The notes under the pieces were generated by a model. That model was not told the origin of the DNA. It made no database searches and saw only the letters and a list, made by a program, of their open reading frames with translations. Below, piece after piece: positions 36,395 to 58,790 of a stretch of DNA of 64,000 nt. A program made the position numbers and the translations under genes. Within the stretch, counting starts at the first letter, position 1. Each line of letters begins with the position of its first letter. Origin of the DNA: Neocallimastix sp. 'constans' (lineage: Eukaryota). The stretch lies in NCBI GenBank assembly GCA_050613775.1, contig JBODTK010000133.1:62001-126000 (forward strand), read 5' to 3'.

Positions 36395-37789
36395 TTATTT
36401 TATTTTATTTTATTTTATTTTATTTTTTTTTTATTTTTTTACTCTTTTTATATAAATTTTTTGAATTTATATATTTTTTTATGTACTTATATATACATTT
36501 TATTTCTTTTAATCATTAATGTAATAGTAAATAATTTAAATTCACAAATTGATGCTATTTTATTGAGTGTTATAGATAATGATAAAAATGGATTAAATAC
36601 ATCTCAACGTTTATCAGCACAAAATCTACTCATTAAAAAAAGCACAGCCCCTTTAATCCGTTCAATTTTTATATCAGAGTATCTTTCAGGGAGAGATTTA
36701 TTTTCACCTCATAATGAATTCCAACGTCGACTTTGTGTATTATTGGAAGATTCTGAATTAATTCGTTTTATTTCAAGTCTTGTTGATGCAGAAAAAATAT
36801 CACGTGAAGATCAAGATATTCTTAATCGTATATTGGTAGAATCAACCCTTACTAGTATTATTTGTGAAGATGATTCTGGAGATATGATTAATGATGATTA
36901 TAATAATACTAATAATAATAATAATGATAATAACAATATAACTAAAAATAATCTAGGAGAAGAAGATGATGATGAAAATTCACCAAAACAGTTTGGACAT
37001 ATTTTAAGAACTATATATGCTGCCTCAAAAAATGCTTCTTCTCAAGAAAAAATGATAGAAAATTTTGTTCAAAGAACAACCTTTTTAATTGAAACCAGTA
37101 AAAAAAGTCATACAACTAAACAAATAAAGGAAAATTTTTTAAATCCAACTTCAAATACGATTACGCATGATTCTTCATTGATTCCTACTAACTTGCAACA
37201 ACAGCAGATGCAACAACAACAAATGCAACAACAACAGATGCAACAACAACAAATGCAACAACAACAAATACAACAACAACAGATGCAACAACAACAAATG
37301 CAACAACAACAAATACAACAGCAACAAATACAACAAGAACAAATGCAACAACAGCAACAACAGCAACAACAAAAATTATTACCACCTCAACAAATTCATA
37401 ACTCCATCCCAGGATCATTTACATTAGAAAGCAGAAATTTAGACAAAAGTAAAATGAATAAACATTCACAAGATTATTATTCTAATTATTCTGGAGATAA
37501 TAATACTACTATACAACTTTCTAATCCCAATCTTAATTCCAATTCCAATTTGAATCCTAATCTTAATTCATCAGAACCAATCATGCCCTCCAGCACTGGC
37601 CATTCATTTTTACAAACTCTTGGTTCTGTTGTACTGTCTAATCAATCAAATTTTCCTTCAGATTTACCAGAATCCTCAACAGGACCTACTCCTTCTACTC
37701 AACCACAACCACAACCACAACCTCAACAAAGATCACAGATGGAAGATCCAACTTCTACTCAATTAAATTTTAATTCATTAAATCTTTAA
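34700..37789 (+). CDS. Hypothetical protein (~751 aa, 5 exons: 34700-35165, 35414-35718, 35903-35959, 36090-36255, 36528-37789) with a helical core and QQQQM repeats
   Basis: All four introns are GT-AG and phase-consistent (total 2256 nt), joining ORFs 34700 and 36461. No family recognised. Confidence 0.8.
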
Positions 37790-37984
37790 ACAACCAAACA
37801 AAAACAAATAAACAAAAAAAATACAAAAACATTTTTTTTTTAAAAAAAAAAAATAATAATAAAATAATATTAATAACCATAAAAAAAAAAAAAAATTAAA
37901 AAAAAAAAAAAAAAAAAAATAATAAAAAAATAAAAATAAAAAAAAATATATATATATATAATAAAATTAAATAAGTTTAATTTA

Positions 37985-38024
<40 letters not shown>

Positions 38025-38055
38025 TTAAATCCATTGTAATTCTCTTTCACACACG

Positions 38056-38089
<34 letters not shown>

Positions 38090-38299
38090 GATACTAATTA
38101 AATTAAAATTAGATATATATATATATATATATATAATTTTCTCTCTCTGTCTCTCTCTTTTTCTATACATATATATAGATATAATTTTATTTTTCACTTT
38201 TACACATACACACACTCTCTCTCAATATATATATTTATTTAATTTTATTGCTCTCTCTCTCTCTCTAAATAAATAAATAAATAAATAAAATAAAAGTAA

Positions 38300-38334
<35 letters not shown>

Positions 38335-38629
38335 TATTTTTTACTTTTGTGAAATATATAAATAAAGGTACTCCAAAAAAAAAAAAAAAAAAAAAAATTT
38401 TTTTTCAAATTTTCTATTGATTGATTTTATTATATAAATTTATTATTATTATTATTATTATTATTTTATTTCTCTTTTTCTATTTTTTTTTTTTTTTTTT
38501 TTATTTCAATTTCTATTGTATAAAATTATTATTAGTATTATTAGTATTATTATTATTACTAATTTATTTCTGTATTTCTAATTTTTTTTTTCTCTATTTC
38601 TTATTTTATTTTATTTTATCTTTTTTTTT

Positions 38630-38664
<35 letters not shown>

Positions 38665-39029
38665 CATTTCTTTTATTATTTTTTCTATTTAATAATTTTT
38701 TATTTTTATTTTATTTATTTATTTTTTTTTTTTTAAAAAAAAAAATACATTAAATATATATTTATTATTATGAAATGTTTTAAAAAAATTTATTGAATTA
38801 TTATTTTTTAAATTTTTTTTTTTTTTTTTTAATTATATGTGCAGACTATTATTTAAAAAAATTTTTACATATATAAAATTTTTTAAGGAAAATATAATAA
38901 AAATATATATATAATATATATATATTATAAAAATAAAATAATTTTTTTTTTTTTTTAATTTTTACAATTTATAAATTATACATAAATAATACTTAATATA
39001 ATAGTGTTAATGATGATGTTGATATGTTG

Positions 39030-39060
<31 letters not shown>

Positions 39061-39335
39061 TATTATTATTATAAAAAATAAGAAATAAAAATTAAAAAAT
39101 AAAAAAAAAAAATAATAATATTTTATTTATTCATAAATAATAATATTATATAATATTTATATAATATATATATGTTATATATATGTGTATATATATATTT
39201 CTTTCTTTCTTTTCCTATGTTTATTATTATTATTATTTTTCTTTTTCTTAACACAAATATTAATACATATTTTATTATTATTATTATTATTATTACGATT
39301 ATTATTTTATTTATTTACTATTTATTTATTTCTAT

Positions 39336-39369
<34 letters not shown>

Positions 39370-39425
39370 TTTATTTTATTTTATTTTATTTTATTTTCAT
39401 TGCTATTTTATTTATTATAAATTAT

Positions 39426-42000
39426 TTAATTAAAGTTAGCATTATTAAAATCTGCAAAGAAATCGGTATTATTATTACTACTATTATTATTATTAGCATT
39501 AGTATTGTTGTTATTGTTATTATTAAAAAAGAAATCTGGTGTTGTATTGTTATTATTATTATTGTTGTTGTTGTTTCCAAAGAAAAAGTCTTGATTATTA
39601 TTATTGGTATTATTGCTCATAAAAACATTATTATTATTATTATTATTATTGCTATTGTTATTGTTCATATTCATGAATATGTTATTACTATTACTACTAC
39701 TATTATTATTATTATTATTATTCATGTTCATAAATATATTGTTACTATTATTATTGTTATTGGATGAAGCAAAGAAATCCGTATTATTATTGTTGCTGTT
39801 GTTATTACTTGGATTATTGAATCCCATTAAATCTATATTATTATTATTATTATTATTAGTAGTAGTAGTAGTATTAGTATTACTTCCGAAAGGTACTAAA
39901 GCTTGAGAATTTCTATCATTAGAATTCATTTGTGAAAATGGATTATTACTAATATTACTTCCATTACCACCTGTATTTTGTGACATTATATTACTGAATA
40001 CATTATTATTATTATTATTAGAATTGTGTATACTTCCACCAGTTTTTTGAGCCATAATTGCACTAAATGAACTACCACTAGTTCCATTTCCTGTATTTTG
40101 TGACATTATATTATCAAATATATTATTGCTATTATTAGAATTATTATGCATACTTCCACCAGTCTTTTGTGCCATAATTGCACTAAATGAGCTACCACTA
40201 GTTCCATTTCCTGTATTTTGATTCATTATACTACTAAATGCATTATTATTATTATTTGCATTACTAGTATTTTGATTCATTATACTACTAAAGGCATTAT
40301 TATTATTATTTGCATTACCAGTGTTTTGATTCATTATACTGTTAAAAGCATTATTATTATTTCCATTACCAGTGTTTTGGTTCATTATACTACTAAATGC
40401 ATTATTATTATTATTATTTCCATTACCAGTGTTTTGGTTCATTATACTACTAAAGGCATTATTATAATTATTTGTATTGCCAGTGTTTTGATTCATTATA
40501 CTACTAAAAGCATTATTATTATTATTTGTATTACCAGTATTTTGACTCATTATACTACTAAAGGCATTATTATTATTTGCATTACCAGTGTTTTGGTTCA
40601 TTATACTACTAAAGGCATTATTATTATTTGCATTACCAGTGTTTTGGTTCATTATACTACTAAAGGCATTATTATTATTTGCATTACCAGTGTTTTGATT
40701 CATTATACTACTAAAGGCATTATTATTATTTGCATTACCAGTGTTTTGATTCATTATACTATTAAAGGCATTATTATTATTTCCATTACCAGTGTTTTGA
40801 TTCATTATACTGTTAAAGGCATTATTATTAGAACCATTATTCATACTTCCTCCAGTTTTTTGAGCCATAATAGCACTGAACGAATTTGGGTTTTGCGATG
40901 GAGAGGTTGAAAGGTTATTTGAGTTACTTGAGAATGGATTATTAGAAGAACTTGTCAATAATTTATTATTCATATTATTCATATTATTCATTCCATTCAT
41001 GTTATTCATATTGTTCATACTATTCATATTATTCATTCCATTCATGTTATTCATATTGTTCATACTATTAATATTATTCATTCCATTCATACTATTCATA
41101 TTATTCATTCCATTCATATTATTCATATTATTCATTCCGTTCATATTATTCATTCCATTCATGTTATTCATATTGTTCATACTATTCATATTATTCATTC
41201 CATTCATGTTATTCATATTGTTCATACCATTCATATTGTTCATACCATTCATATTGTTCATACCATTCATATTGTTCATATTACCCATATTATTATTTCC
41301 ATTAGCAAATGGATTTCCATTACTGAACATATTATCAATATTTGAAAAGTCATTACTTTGAATATTTTGGAAAGATTGAGTTTGAGATTGTTGTTGCATT
41401 TGGAAATTTAAAAGTTGTTGTTGAGCATTTAAGAAGTTGAATGGCATAACTGCATTATTCGAACCAGTATTATTGTTATTAAATGACATTAATTGGTTAT
41501 TTCCAAATGATGACTGATATTGTGCACCTGGCAAAGGTGTTGGTTGACCTAATTCATCATCTAAACTAGCAAAGAAATCAACATTAGTACTACCTTTTTT
41601 ACCTGAAGGTCTTGATACTCTTGAATGCGTTGGAGTTTTAGTTGGAGGATCAATTTTTGGCTGAACTGATTCTTTTGCTTTTTTAGTTTCAACTATAATA
41701 ATATAATATATATATATTTAATTAAAATATATATATATATATATATTGATTTATAACAAATTATTATGATAAATTTCTATAATATATATTTGATGGTTAA
41801 ATAATAATTATTATTACTTTGACTTGGCTTATTTTCCTTTGGTTTATTTTTATTACGAATATACGCTTCGCGAGTAGCATCAAAATCTGGATTATTTAAA
41901 TAATCTTGTAAAGCCATTACAAGTGATACTGGAGCCTAAATATAAAATTTAATAATAAATATTAATATTATATATTATTAAAATTAAAATTAAAATTTTA

Positions 42001-42062
<62 letters not shown>

Positions 42063-44271
42063 TAAAACTGTAGTTGACGTTAATATTATCAAATAATAAT
42101 CTAATAATTCAATAATAATTATAATTATAATAATAATAATAATAATAAAATTGTAATTACATGTTTAATATATGGAATTTCAACTTGAAGGACACTTTGT
42201 AAACTTCTTGCAAGTTCAAAAAATTCCATTACTTTTGTAGTCTGTTGAACAAACATTTTGTAAACTTCAAGTGCTATACGAGCTTGAGATTGAATCATTT
42301 CAAAATAAACCTCTTTATTATTATTATAATTATAATTATTTTGTTTTATTTTGGTAAATAATCAAAATAATATAATATTTTTAAATGAATATAGTTATTA
42401 AAAATTTGTATTTGCATAATTTTTATATGTTATCAACAATAACATATTTTAATATATTAATTATAAAATTTATTTAATATACCGAGAATATGAATTGTTC
42501 CTTCGTTTAAAATATGGAAAAGTGGCATTAAATCACCAAGAAGTAAACGGAATGCTTGTATTTTAACAACATTATCAAATCTTGTTGCTTCAAACTTTAA
42601 TTTGAATAATCAAGATAATTTATTTATTTTATTTTATTTTATCATTTAAAAAATTATAAAATATTAATATATATAAATATATATAACTGAAATTTTTATA
42701 AACAATGTAAATAGTAATATAAAATAAACAATAATTACTTTGCATGCTAACAAAGCGTTAAGTTGTCTTTGAAGTAAAGCAACTTCACTTAATAAACCAT
42801 TTTCAACTGGAAGAGAACGAATATGAGCAACCATAAGATCTCTATTTTCTCTTGAAGCAACAAAATCGGTCTTTAATTGTTTAAAAACCTTAATTCTTTC
42901 CTTTAAATATTGACCATATGGTTTTATTTTTCTCACTTTAAAATAGAGGATTGATTTTAAATATTTAAATATTTATAAATGTATTAAGGTAAAAACAATT
43001 TTTATTATTGATTTATTTATCAGTTGAATTTATATATATATATATATATTAGTATTTCATGATATATATTATATATTATAAAATAAAATTATTGAGAAAT
43101 ATTTCGTTTTTTCTTTTGATAATACTAATAATAATAATAATAAATACAACTAAATATACAAATAAAAAAAAATAAAAATAAAAATAAAAAAATAAAAAAA
43201 TAAAAAAAAAAATAAAAAAAAGAAGAAAAGAAATTGAACCAAATATATTTGCTATTGTTATTATTATAATTATACACTTTTTTATATTTTTTAATTAATT
43301 ATTAAAAAAATAAGTGATAATTACTTATATCTAGTATGATAAATGTTTTTATTATTGATTTATTTATGAAATTTATATAAAATTGAAATTGTATGAGTAT
43401 CCATTTATAATACGAAATTATATATATATAAATGTATTTTTAAAATATATAAAATAAAATAAAATAAAATAAATAATAAAAAGAAAAATTAAGAAAATAA
43501 TTTATAATAAATATATATTATATAAATTTTTAATATATAATGTTTATTATTAAAGTAATAGTTTATTAAATACCAATGTCAGTTTTTATTGATAGATTTG
43601 GTAATTCCCACCAATCTTCCGTGGAATAATTTGCAAGATAATTTAATACTTTTACACTATCACCTTCTCTCATTAAGATATGAATTAACATTAACGCTTT
43701 ATATACAATCTTTTAAATATATCACAATAATTTAAATTATTGGTTTTTATAAATATTTTACTATTATTATTTATTTTTATTTTATGTTTATTTCACTTAT
43801 TTACCACCCAATTACTATCTAACATTTTTTGATGAATAAAGTAGAAATATTCATCAGGTGAAATATTACTTTGGTGTGTAGCTTGAATTAAAACTGTTTA
43901 GTATTAGTATTTTATATAAATATCACAAATATATATTAGATATAACACATATATAAATAATGTTAATATAATTACATTTTTATTCAATAAAAAAAATATC
44001 TATTAAGAAAATAATGTAACATATTTTAATATTATTAAATAAATAAATCTTATATTATTATTATAATTACCATCAATATGCTTCTTTTTGAATGAAACTT
44101 GCTTTGAAATTAAAAGCTTTGAAATTGATGTTTTTACAGTACTATTTGTAACAATTCCTCTTCCCTATGTTTTTCAATATATGTATCTATTTAATAAGAG
44201 TAACAATTATTTGTTTTTAAATTTATATATGAAATTTTTTTACATATAATAAATTAATGACATACCGACAT
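39426..44271 (-). CDS. ANTH-domain clathrin assembly protein, AP180/CALM/Yap180-like (~1056 aa, 9 exons: 44271-44266, 44164-44071, 43893-43805, 43709-43574, 42935-42739, 42594-42483, 42312-42161, 41935-41818, 41692-39426)
   Basis: Spliced translation gives KKKHID (PIP2-binding cluster), NWVIVYKALMLIHILMREG, YGQYLKER, AFRLLLGDL..LF..LNEG.I.ILEVYFEM and KHAPVSLV. The disordered tail has NPF and DFF/FADF motifs. Intron phases are consistent (3171 nt). Confidence 0.92.
39935..40885 (-). repeat. Coding tandem repeat: 17 copies of FxxIMxQ[NK]T[GS], unit ~51-57 bp
   Basis: Counted in the translation of ORF 39426-41534. An (MNNMNG)n repeat lies just N-terminal at ~40965-41290. Confidence 0.93.
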
Positions 44272-45527
44272 CTTTATATTTAATATTCTATTATTATAAA
44301 ACTATATAAGTACTAAATTTATTGTTTAATAGTTGTATTTATTATTCAATATTATATATATATATATGATATAAAATATTTATATATAAATACTTTATAA
44401 TTAATATGATTTATTTTTATTAAATTAAGTTCTTTATTATAATAATATAAATAAACATTAAAAAAAAAAAAAAAAAAAAAAAAATATTATAAATAATTAA
44501 GGGTTCTATTAATGTTTAATATATAACAATAATAATATTTATTATTTATTATATATAAATATATATGAAATTTCATTTTATTTTTACCTTTATTTTTTTT
44601 TTTTTTTTCAATTTGTATATTATTGATTTCTTTTTATTTTATATATTTATTTATTTATTTATTTATAATAGGAACTTTTCATATAAAAATATATATATTT
44701 TGTATCAAATGAAGATATTCTATTTTTTTAAAAAAAAAAAGAAGGTAAAATAATAATAATAATAATAATAAAATAATAAAAAGAACTGATATTTATAAAT
44801 GGACAATTAATTTAAAAAATTATAGTTTAATAATAATTTTTTCTTCTTTTATAATTAAACGTTAATAATATTTTTTTTTGTTTGTTTATAAGTCTACAAC
44901 CAATTCTTCTCAGTATTTTTTTCTTTTTTTTGTTTTCCTATTTTAATAATATTGTTTTATAGATAAAACAATAAAAAAAAAATAATAAAAACAACAATAA
45001 AATAAGAAAAAATGAATATTAAAATAAAAAATAATAAATAAATGAAAATTGCATAAATCTAATAATATTAAAATAATATATAATATATATTAAATAATTA
45101 AATAAATTAATAAAATTAATTAAAACTATATATTTCATTTATTAAAAAATATGATATACAAATAAATTTAAAGTTTTATCACTAGCCATAGGAAATAAAA
45201 CAAAGTAAATAATAAATAATAAATAAATGATAAAAAATATTAATGAAGTATTGTATGATTATTTTCAAAAGTTGAAATAAGACTACTTTTTATCATTAAT
45301 TATTTAAATTAATAAAATTAAGTGAAAAAAAGATTATAAAATATAATATTTTATAAATAGTGCTTTTACAAAGTAAATAAAATGAAATAGAAAGAGGTAA
45401 ATAAAGAGAAATGTAAATCTTATACTATCAAATTCTCAATTATATGATTAATTTAATTTTATATATATTAATAAAATTATATATCTTTGTATTAAAAACC
45501 AAAAAGCATTTAATAATAAATTAATAT

Positions 45528-45572
<45 letters not shown>

Positions 45573-46737
45573 TTAAAAAGAAGTTAAAAAGAAAGAAAAT
45601 AAAAAAAACACAACCAAAAAAAAAAAAAAAAAAATTCTGGTAATAATCATATATTTCATTAGTAAAATCAATTTTTTATTGATAATTTTTTAGTAATAAT
45701 TTTTATTAATAAAAAAAGTATAACTTTATTTATAATTAATTTTGGTAAAGTCTAAATAATTATAATTTCATTCTATAATATTTATTATTTATTTATTATT
45801 TATTTATTATTTATTTATTATTTATTTATTATTTATTTATTTATTTATTTAAAAATTCACTTTTTATTTTTATAATTTTTATTAAATAATAAATCTTAGT
45901 AAAGATAAAATAAACTTTATGTAATATTCCATATTCAATTAAACAATATATAAACAATATATTACAATTAATTGTAATAAATGTATAATACTGATATTTT
46001 ACTCCAATGATAAATATGATATAAATAATATATTTTATTTTAAAACTTTATTTAGATTAAATTATTTTTATAATTAAATTTTAATATACTGATTTTTATT
46101 TGTTATTTGATTGTATGGTTAATCCATAAAATAAACCGAACATAATCAGAATATATATTCAGAGAAAACATTCAATTTTTATATATTTATTATTTATATT
46201 TAAAGAAAATTATTACCTCTAAAAATGAGATCATTAATAATTAGTAATATCTAGTAATATAAAATATATTTGTAAATAATTAAAATCAATTAAATTATTT
46301 TTTTTTATTTATTTTTTTTTAATGATTTTGAAATGATAATTCAAAGATATATTTAAATAATATTATTAATCAATGTCGTAAATATATATATATATATTTT
46401 TTTGTTACTGAATTATAGAGTTTTTTGCTTATTTTATATATGCATATTTATTAATATTTCCAATATAAAATATTTACATTCTGACTATATGAAAAATTAA
46501 TAAAAGAAAAACTTTAAAAAATTTATAATAATTTGTGGGTATATTATTAATATTTATTAATATTATTTTTATAAAAATATAAATTATATTTTTCTAAACT
46601 ATCTTAAATAAATATGTATAAATATTAATAAAAATTAAATAAATGAATAGATAAATAGATAATAATAATATAATAAAAAAATAATGATAAAAAGAAACAA
46701 TAAATATAGTATATAATGATAAAAATTAATTATATTT

Positions 46738-46768
<31 letters not shown>

Positions 46769-46770
46769 TA

Positions 46771-46833
<63 letters not shown>

Positions 46834-47205
46834 AAATAAGTATTCTATGCTAAAAGAAAAAAAGATGTAAATATATATTTTATAATTTTTTTTTTTAATA
46901 TTATATATTATAATTTTTTTTTAATATTAATTTCCTATTTATCTATATAAAAAATAGTTAAATTATAAAAAAAGATGTAATTAAAATAATAAAATTATTA
47001 ATAATGATATATATATATTATTATCATCATTAATATTATTCATAATAATAATATTAATGCCAGTATGTAAACAAATATGGAATAAATTAGGATTATATAT
47101 TTGATAATTTATGTTAATATAAAATGTTTTTGATATTAAAAAATTAGAATTAAAAATGAATAAACAAAAAATTTTTTTTTTTTTTTTTTTTTTTTTTGAA
47201 TATCT

Positions 47206-54777
<7,572 letters not shown>

Positions 54778-55069
54778 TTCAAGTTTGTATAATATTTTTT
54801 ATGGAATATTTTAATAATAAAACTTAACATAGAGAAAGTTTCCCTTTACTATTAATATTAATATTATTAATATTATAATGATTTCTATTTCGATTTGTAT
54901 ATTTTATTTTTATACTAATTAATTAAAAATTAGCTATTAAAAAAAATATTTAATCTTTCCAATTTAAATATAACATGAATGTTCCTTTTGAATCCTTTTA
55001 ATTTTTTTCATTTACTTTTATAAAAATATTATTTTTGATTTTTATTAATGAATTTGTTATACATAATTT

Positions 55070-55110
<41 letters not shown>

Positions 55111-56069
55111 AAAATGAGGACTTTTGAGTTGTTAATTTATACAATTAAAAATATATAAAATAAAATTATAAAGAAAAAAAATATTAACTGAATCGAATCA
55201 TATAGTATAAACTTATTTTCCATGTTAAATTCTTAGTAATATGTACAATGTAATTTTAATAATTATACAATATGTATATATTTTATTATAAAAATTTCAT
55301 TTTAATTTATACTTTAGAAAAAATATATATTTATATATTATAACGGAAAAATTACTAATAGTTTAAAATTCTAATATTATAAATATTTAATATATATCAA
55401 TTATTTTTGACATTTTTATATAAATATTTAAATTTTATAATTAAATATATTTATATTTTAATATTGAATATAATTCTCTATTTTTATATCAAATAATATT
55501 TTTACTTAATTAAAACTTTATAATTCTTATTTATATCAATGATATATTATTAGTATTTTAAAAATATATTAATAATAAAAATATTATTTTATATATATAA
55601 TATTTTTACTATTTTATATAAATAATAATTACTATATAATAAATAAATAAATAAATAAATAGTAAATAATAAATAGTACATTTTACAAAAAAAATAAAAA
55701 AAAAAAAAAAAATAAAAAAAAATAAAACTAAATAAAATATAAAATATTTATAATAAAATATTAAATGATTAAAAAAAAAAAAAAAATGAAATATACATAT
55801 AATTACAATATAAAGAAAAAGTAAATAAAATATTAAAAAAAAAAACTAATAAATATTTATAAATAATTTTTTTAAAAAATGATATGCAGTGTAAATTTAT
55901 TTTATTTAAATGATTAAATAATAATATAAAAAAAATTCTTATAGATCATATTTTTTTTTTAAATTTATAAAAGTTTAAATATATATATTTTAATATTAAC
56001 AGAATAAAAATAAAAAATATATATATAAAATATATACATAAAGGGTAGTAATAATAAAATATAAACTAA

Positions 56070-57478
56070 TATTTTTACTGCAATTCGTTTCAATTTTGTG
56101 CTTATTTCACCATTTTCTATTGTGATTTTACTAAACTTGTTGTCTGTATATATTGGAATTATCAATTTAAAATTAAATACTTCAAACATGATGTTTGGAA
56201 ACTATAGCGCTTTTTTTTTTTTTCGTTCGTGCATTCAGATAATACATTCGAATTTTACTGATAATAACCACAATGCTTTATTTCTTGGAATACCAGATGA
56301 TAGGAAAATTACCTAATAAGAAAATATGACCTTATGTAAATTTTCGATCTTTTCTGTCCCCGGCAAAATTTGCATCAGTATAAGCATGAAAAAATACCAA
56401 AATCATTATATAAAATTTTGTAATTTTTAAGTATTATTAATATATTTAAAACTATTAATTATAGAAATATCAGTCCTAATAGGATTTTCCTAATGTCTTG
56501 CTGCTTTATGAACAGCTAAAGATATATCCGACCTTTATCTGGCCTGGTACATTTAGCTAAATAAATTAATGATCCTGTTATACTTTTTCCCTTGGTGGGA
56601 TTAAAAAGATTATTATTTTTAGTAGAATTAAAAGGTGCATGGCGTATTAGTTTTTTTTTTTTTTTTTTTTTTTTTTTTGAATAGTAGAAATATTAAAAGT
56701 TTTTAAAATGTTTTTGATAAAAATTCTCTGGGAAATATAATAATTAAAAATTTGTTTTTCAATAGTTATACCCAATATAAATGTTTTAAATTTTGTAACG
56801 AGATGTAATTCTTTTTATAATATTATATATTTCATAATTGGTGCTACGTATAATCATATCATTGACATATAAACCCTATGATACATATGACTTTTTCCAT
56901 GATTTATTGGTTTTCGTAAAAGATACAAATTAATTAAGAATTAAGTTGAATAAAGTTTTGCATCTTGATAAATTCAGATATAGTTTAAAACCATTGATGG
57001 TTTGATTTTCTAAGGCCATATAAAGCTTCATTGAGTTTCCAAAAGGTTTCTATAATTTTTTCGTCTGGCGGAATTTCTATGAGTTTCCATAAAAAAAAAG
57101 TATTTAGATAGGCAGTCTTTCTATCGATTTTGTAAATGTTCCAATTTAATTTTGAGGCTAATGCTATGATGAATTTTAAACTGTCGAAATTTAGAGTTGG
57201 TGAGTATGTATGGTCGTAATTGGAATTGGTTCTGAAGATATGGTTAAAAACCCCTTTGTCACAAGTCGAGCCTTATATTTTGTTGTATTATTGTTTTCGT
57301 CTTCTTTAATAGTGAATATTTATATTAAATTACTTCTATTTGAGATCGATTACACTATTGTTATAATATTATTAGAATATAATTTATTTAATTCTTCTTT
57401 TATTACTTAAATCTATTTTTTCTTTATTTATATTGTTAATTGCTTTTGTATAATTGAAAGGAATCTCGCTTACAATGT
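56070..57478 (-). mobile_element. Degenerate Ty1/copia retrotransposon fragment (reverse transcriptase and RNase H)
   Basis: Minus-strand motifs in canonical order: KYKARLVTKGF, WKLNEALYGLRKS, GLYVNDMII (decayed YVDD), GSLIYLAKCTRPD, AYTDANFAGDRKDRK, IPIYTDN..ENGEISTKLKRI. Many stops and frameshifts; no LTR recognised. Confidence 0.9.
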
Positions 57479-57539
57479 GATTTACTAATTTATTATAATT
57501 ATGTTTTTTTTTTTTTTTTTTTTTTATTATCATTTTCTA

Positions 57540-58444
57540 ATATATCACCAGGTCTTCTTAAGTGCTATGAAGAATTTATTTTGAATAATAACCAAATACT
57601 TAAATGTCCATTAATAAGTAAATTCTGAAATAATTTATTAACTCAAAAAGAGGATAGATAACTTTAGAAGGAACACTAAAATATCAAATAAAGTTCAATA
57701 TTATATTTTATATTTATACAATAAGTTTATATTTGAACAATATAGATGTTTTCCATAATTTTTCACCGAAGAATGGATAATTCCATTTCATCCAATTTTT
57801 GATGAAGAAAATAAGAATGTTCAAGTTACTTTTTGAAATTTCAAAATTTATCAATTAAAAATTAAAGGTAATCAAACTAAGTCAACTATCGTTACTCCAC
57901 ATGAGATTAATAATGGAAGAATTGTTTTTGACCTATTTGATCTCACTCATAAATTTATTAAAAGGTAGAAACATTAGAAAAAGATAATGAAGCTCTTGCA
58001 AACTTTGATGAAAGAAAAGAAAACTCTACCGAAATACAGATGAAACTTTTGGTAGATCTCCAGAAGTCTGGAATGAAATAATAGAAAGTTATTTTATATC
58101 AAAGATGGATAGCATGTCATATAATTATGTTAATAATTGTTACTAGAGATTATAAGCATGACTCTGCTCCAATTTCTAAATTTTGTATGGTTAATGGTGT
58201 TACCGCACAAGCTATGCTTATGGAAATGATAACAAGGGCAACTCATCTTTATAACAATTTACCAAAAGAAACCTTAATTTCGAATGCTGCTCTCTCTTAT
58301 ACTAGAATGTCACACTAACCACAGACAAAAAAAAAAAAAAACATAAATTATTTAAAAGTTATTAGTCAAGACACTTTAATGAAAGACATTTATTATTTTA
58401 TAAAGCAACTTAAAGAAGCAAAATAAATAAATAAATAAATAAAT

Positions 58445-58476
<32 letters not shown>

Positions 58477-58790
58477 ATTCATTAAATCTGTTGTTGTAGT
58501 TCATTGATCCATCAAAATACCCAGATATTCAATTCAATACTCAAACCGTCGTATATTCCTCTAGCATTGGGATAATCATTGGAAATAGATCAATCCTTCT
58601 ACCCTTCCATTGATACAGTAATACTTTGTGTATATAAATTCTTCTATCATTCTTATCATACTGATAATAAATTATATATTTCAGGTTTAAAGTCCAACAA
58701 AAATGGATAATTCATACATTAATGACAACAATGAAGAAATAGAAAAGATATTTATTCCTGAAAATATTATTAATTATTAGATAAATAGCA
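57540..58790 (+). pseudogene. Decayed intronless coding-like sequence of unknown family
   Basis: Higher-complexity DNA with long frames broken by isolated stops and frameshifts (EEWIIPFHPIFDEENK; TPHEINNGRIVFDLFD; DETFGRSPEVWNEIIESY; SAPISKFCMVNGVTAQAML; IDPSKYPDIQFN). Confidence 0.5.

Noticed and set aside
40200..40830. CRISPR-like periodic repeat
   Set aside because: No unique spacers or cas genes; it is an in-frame coding repeat of a eukaryotic gene.
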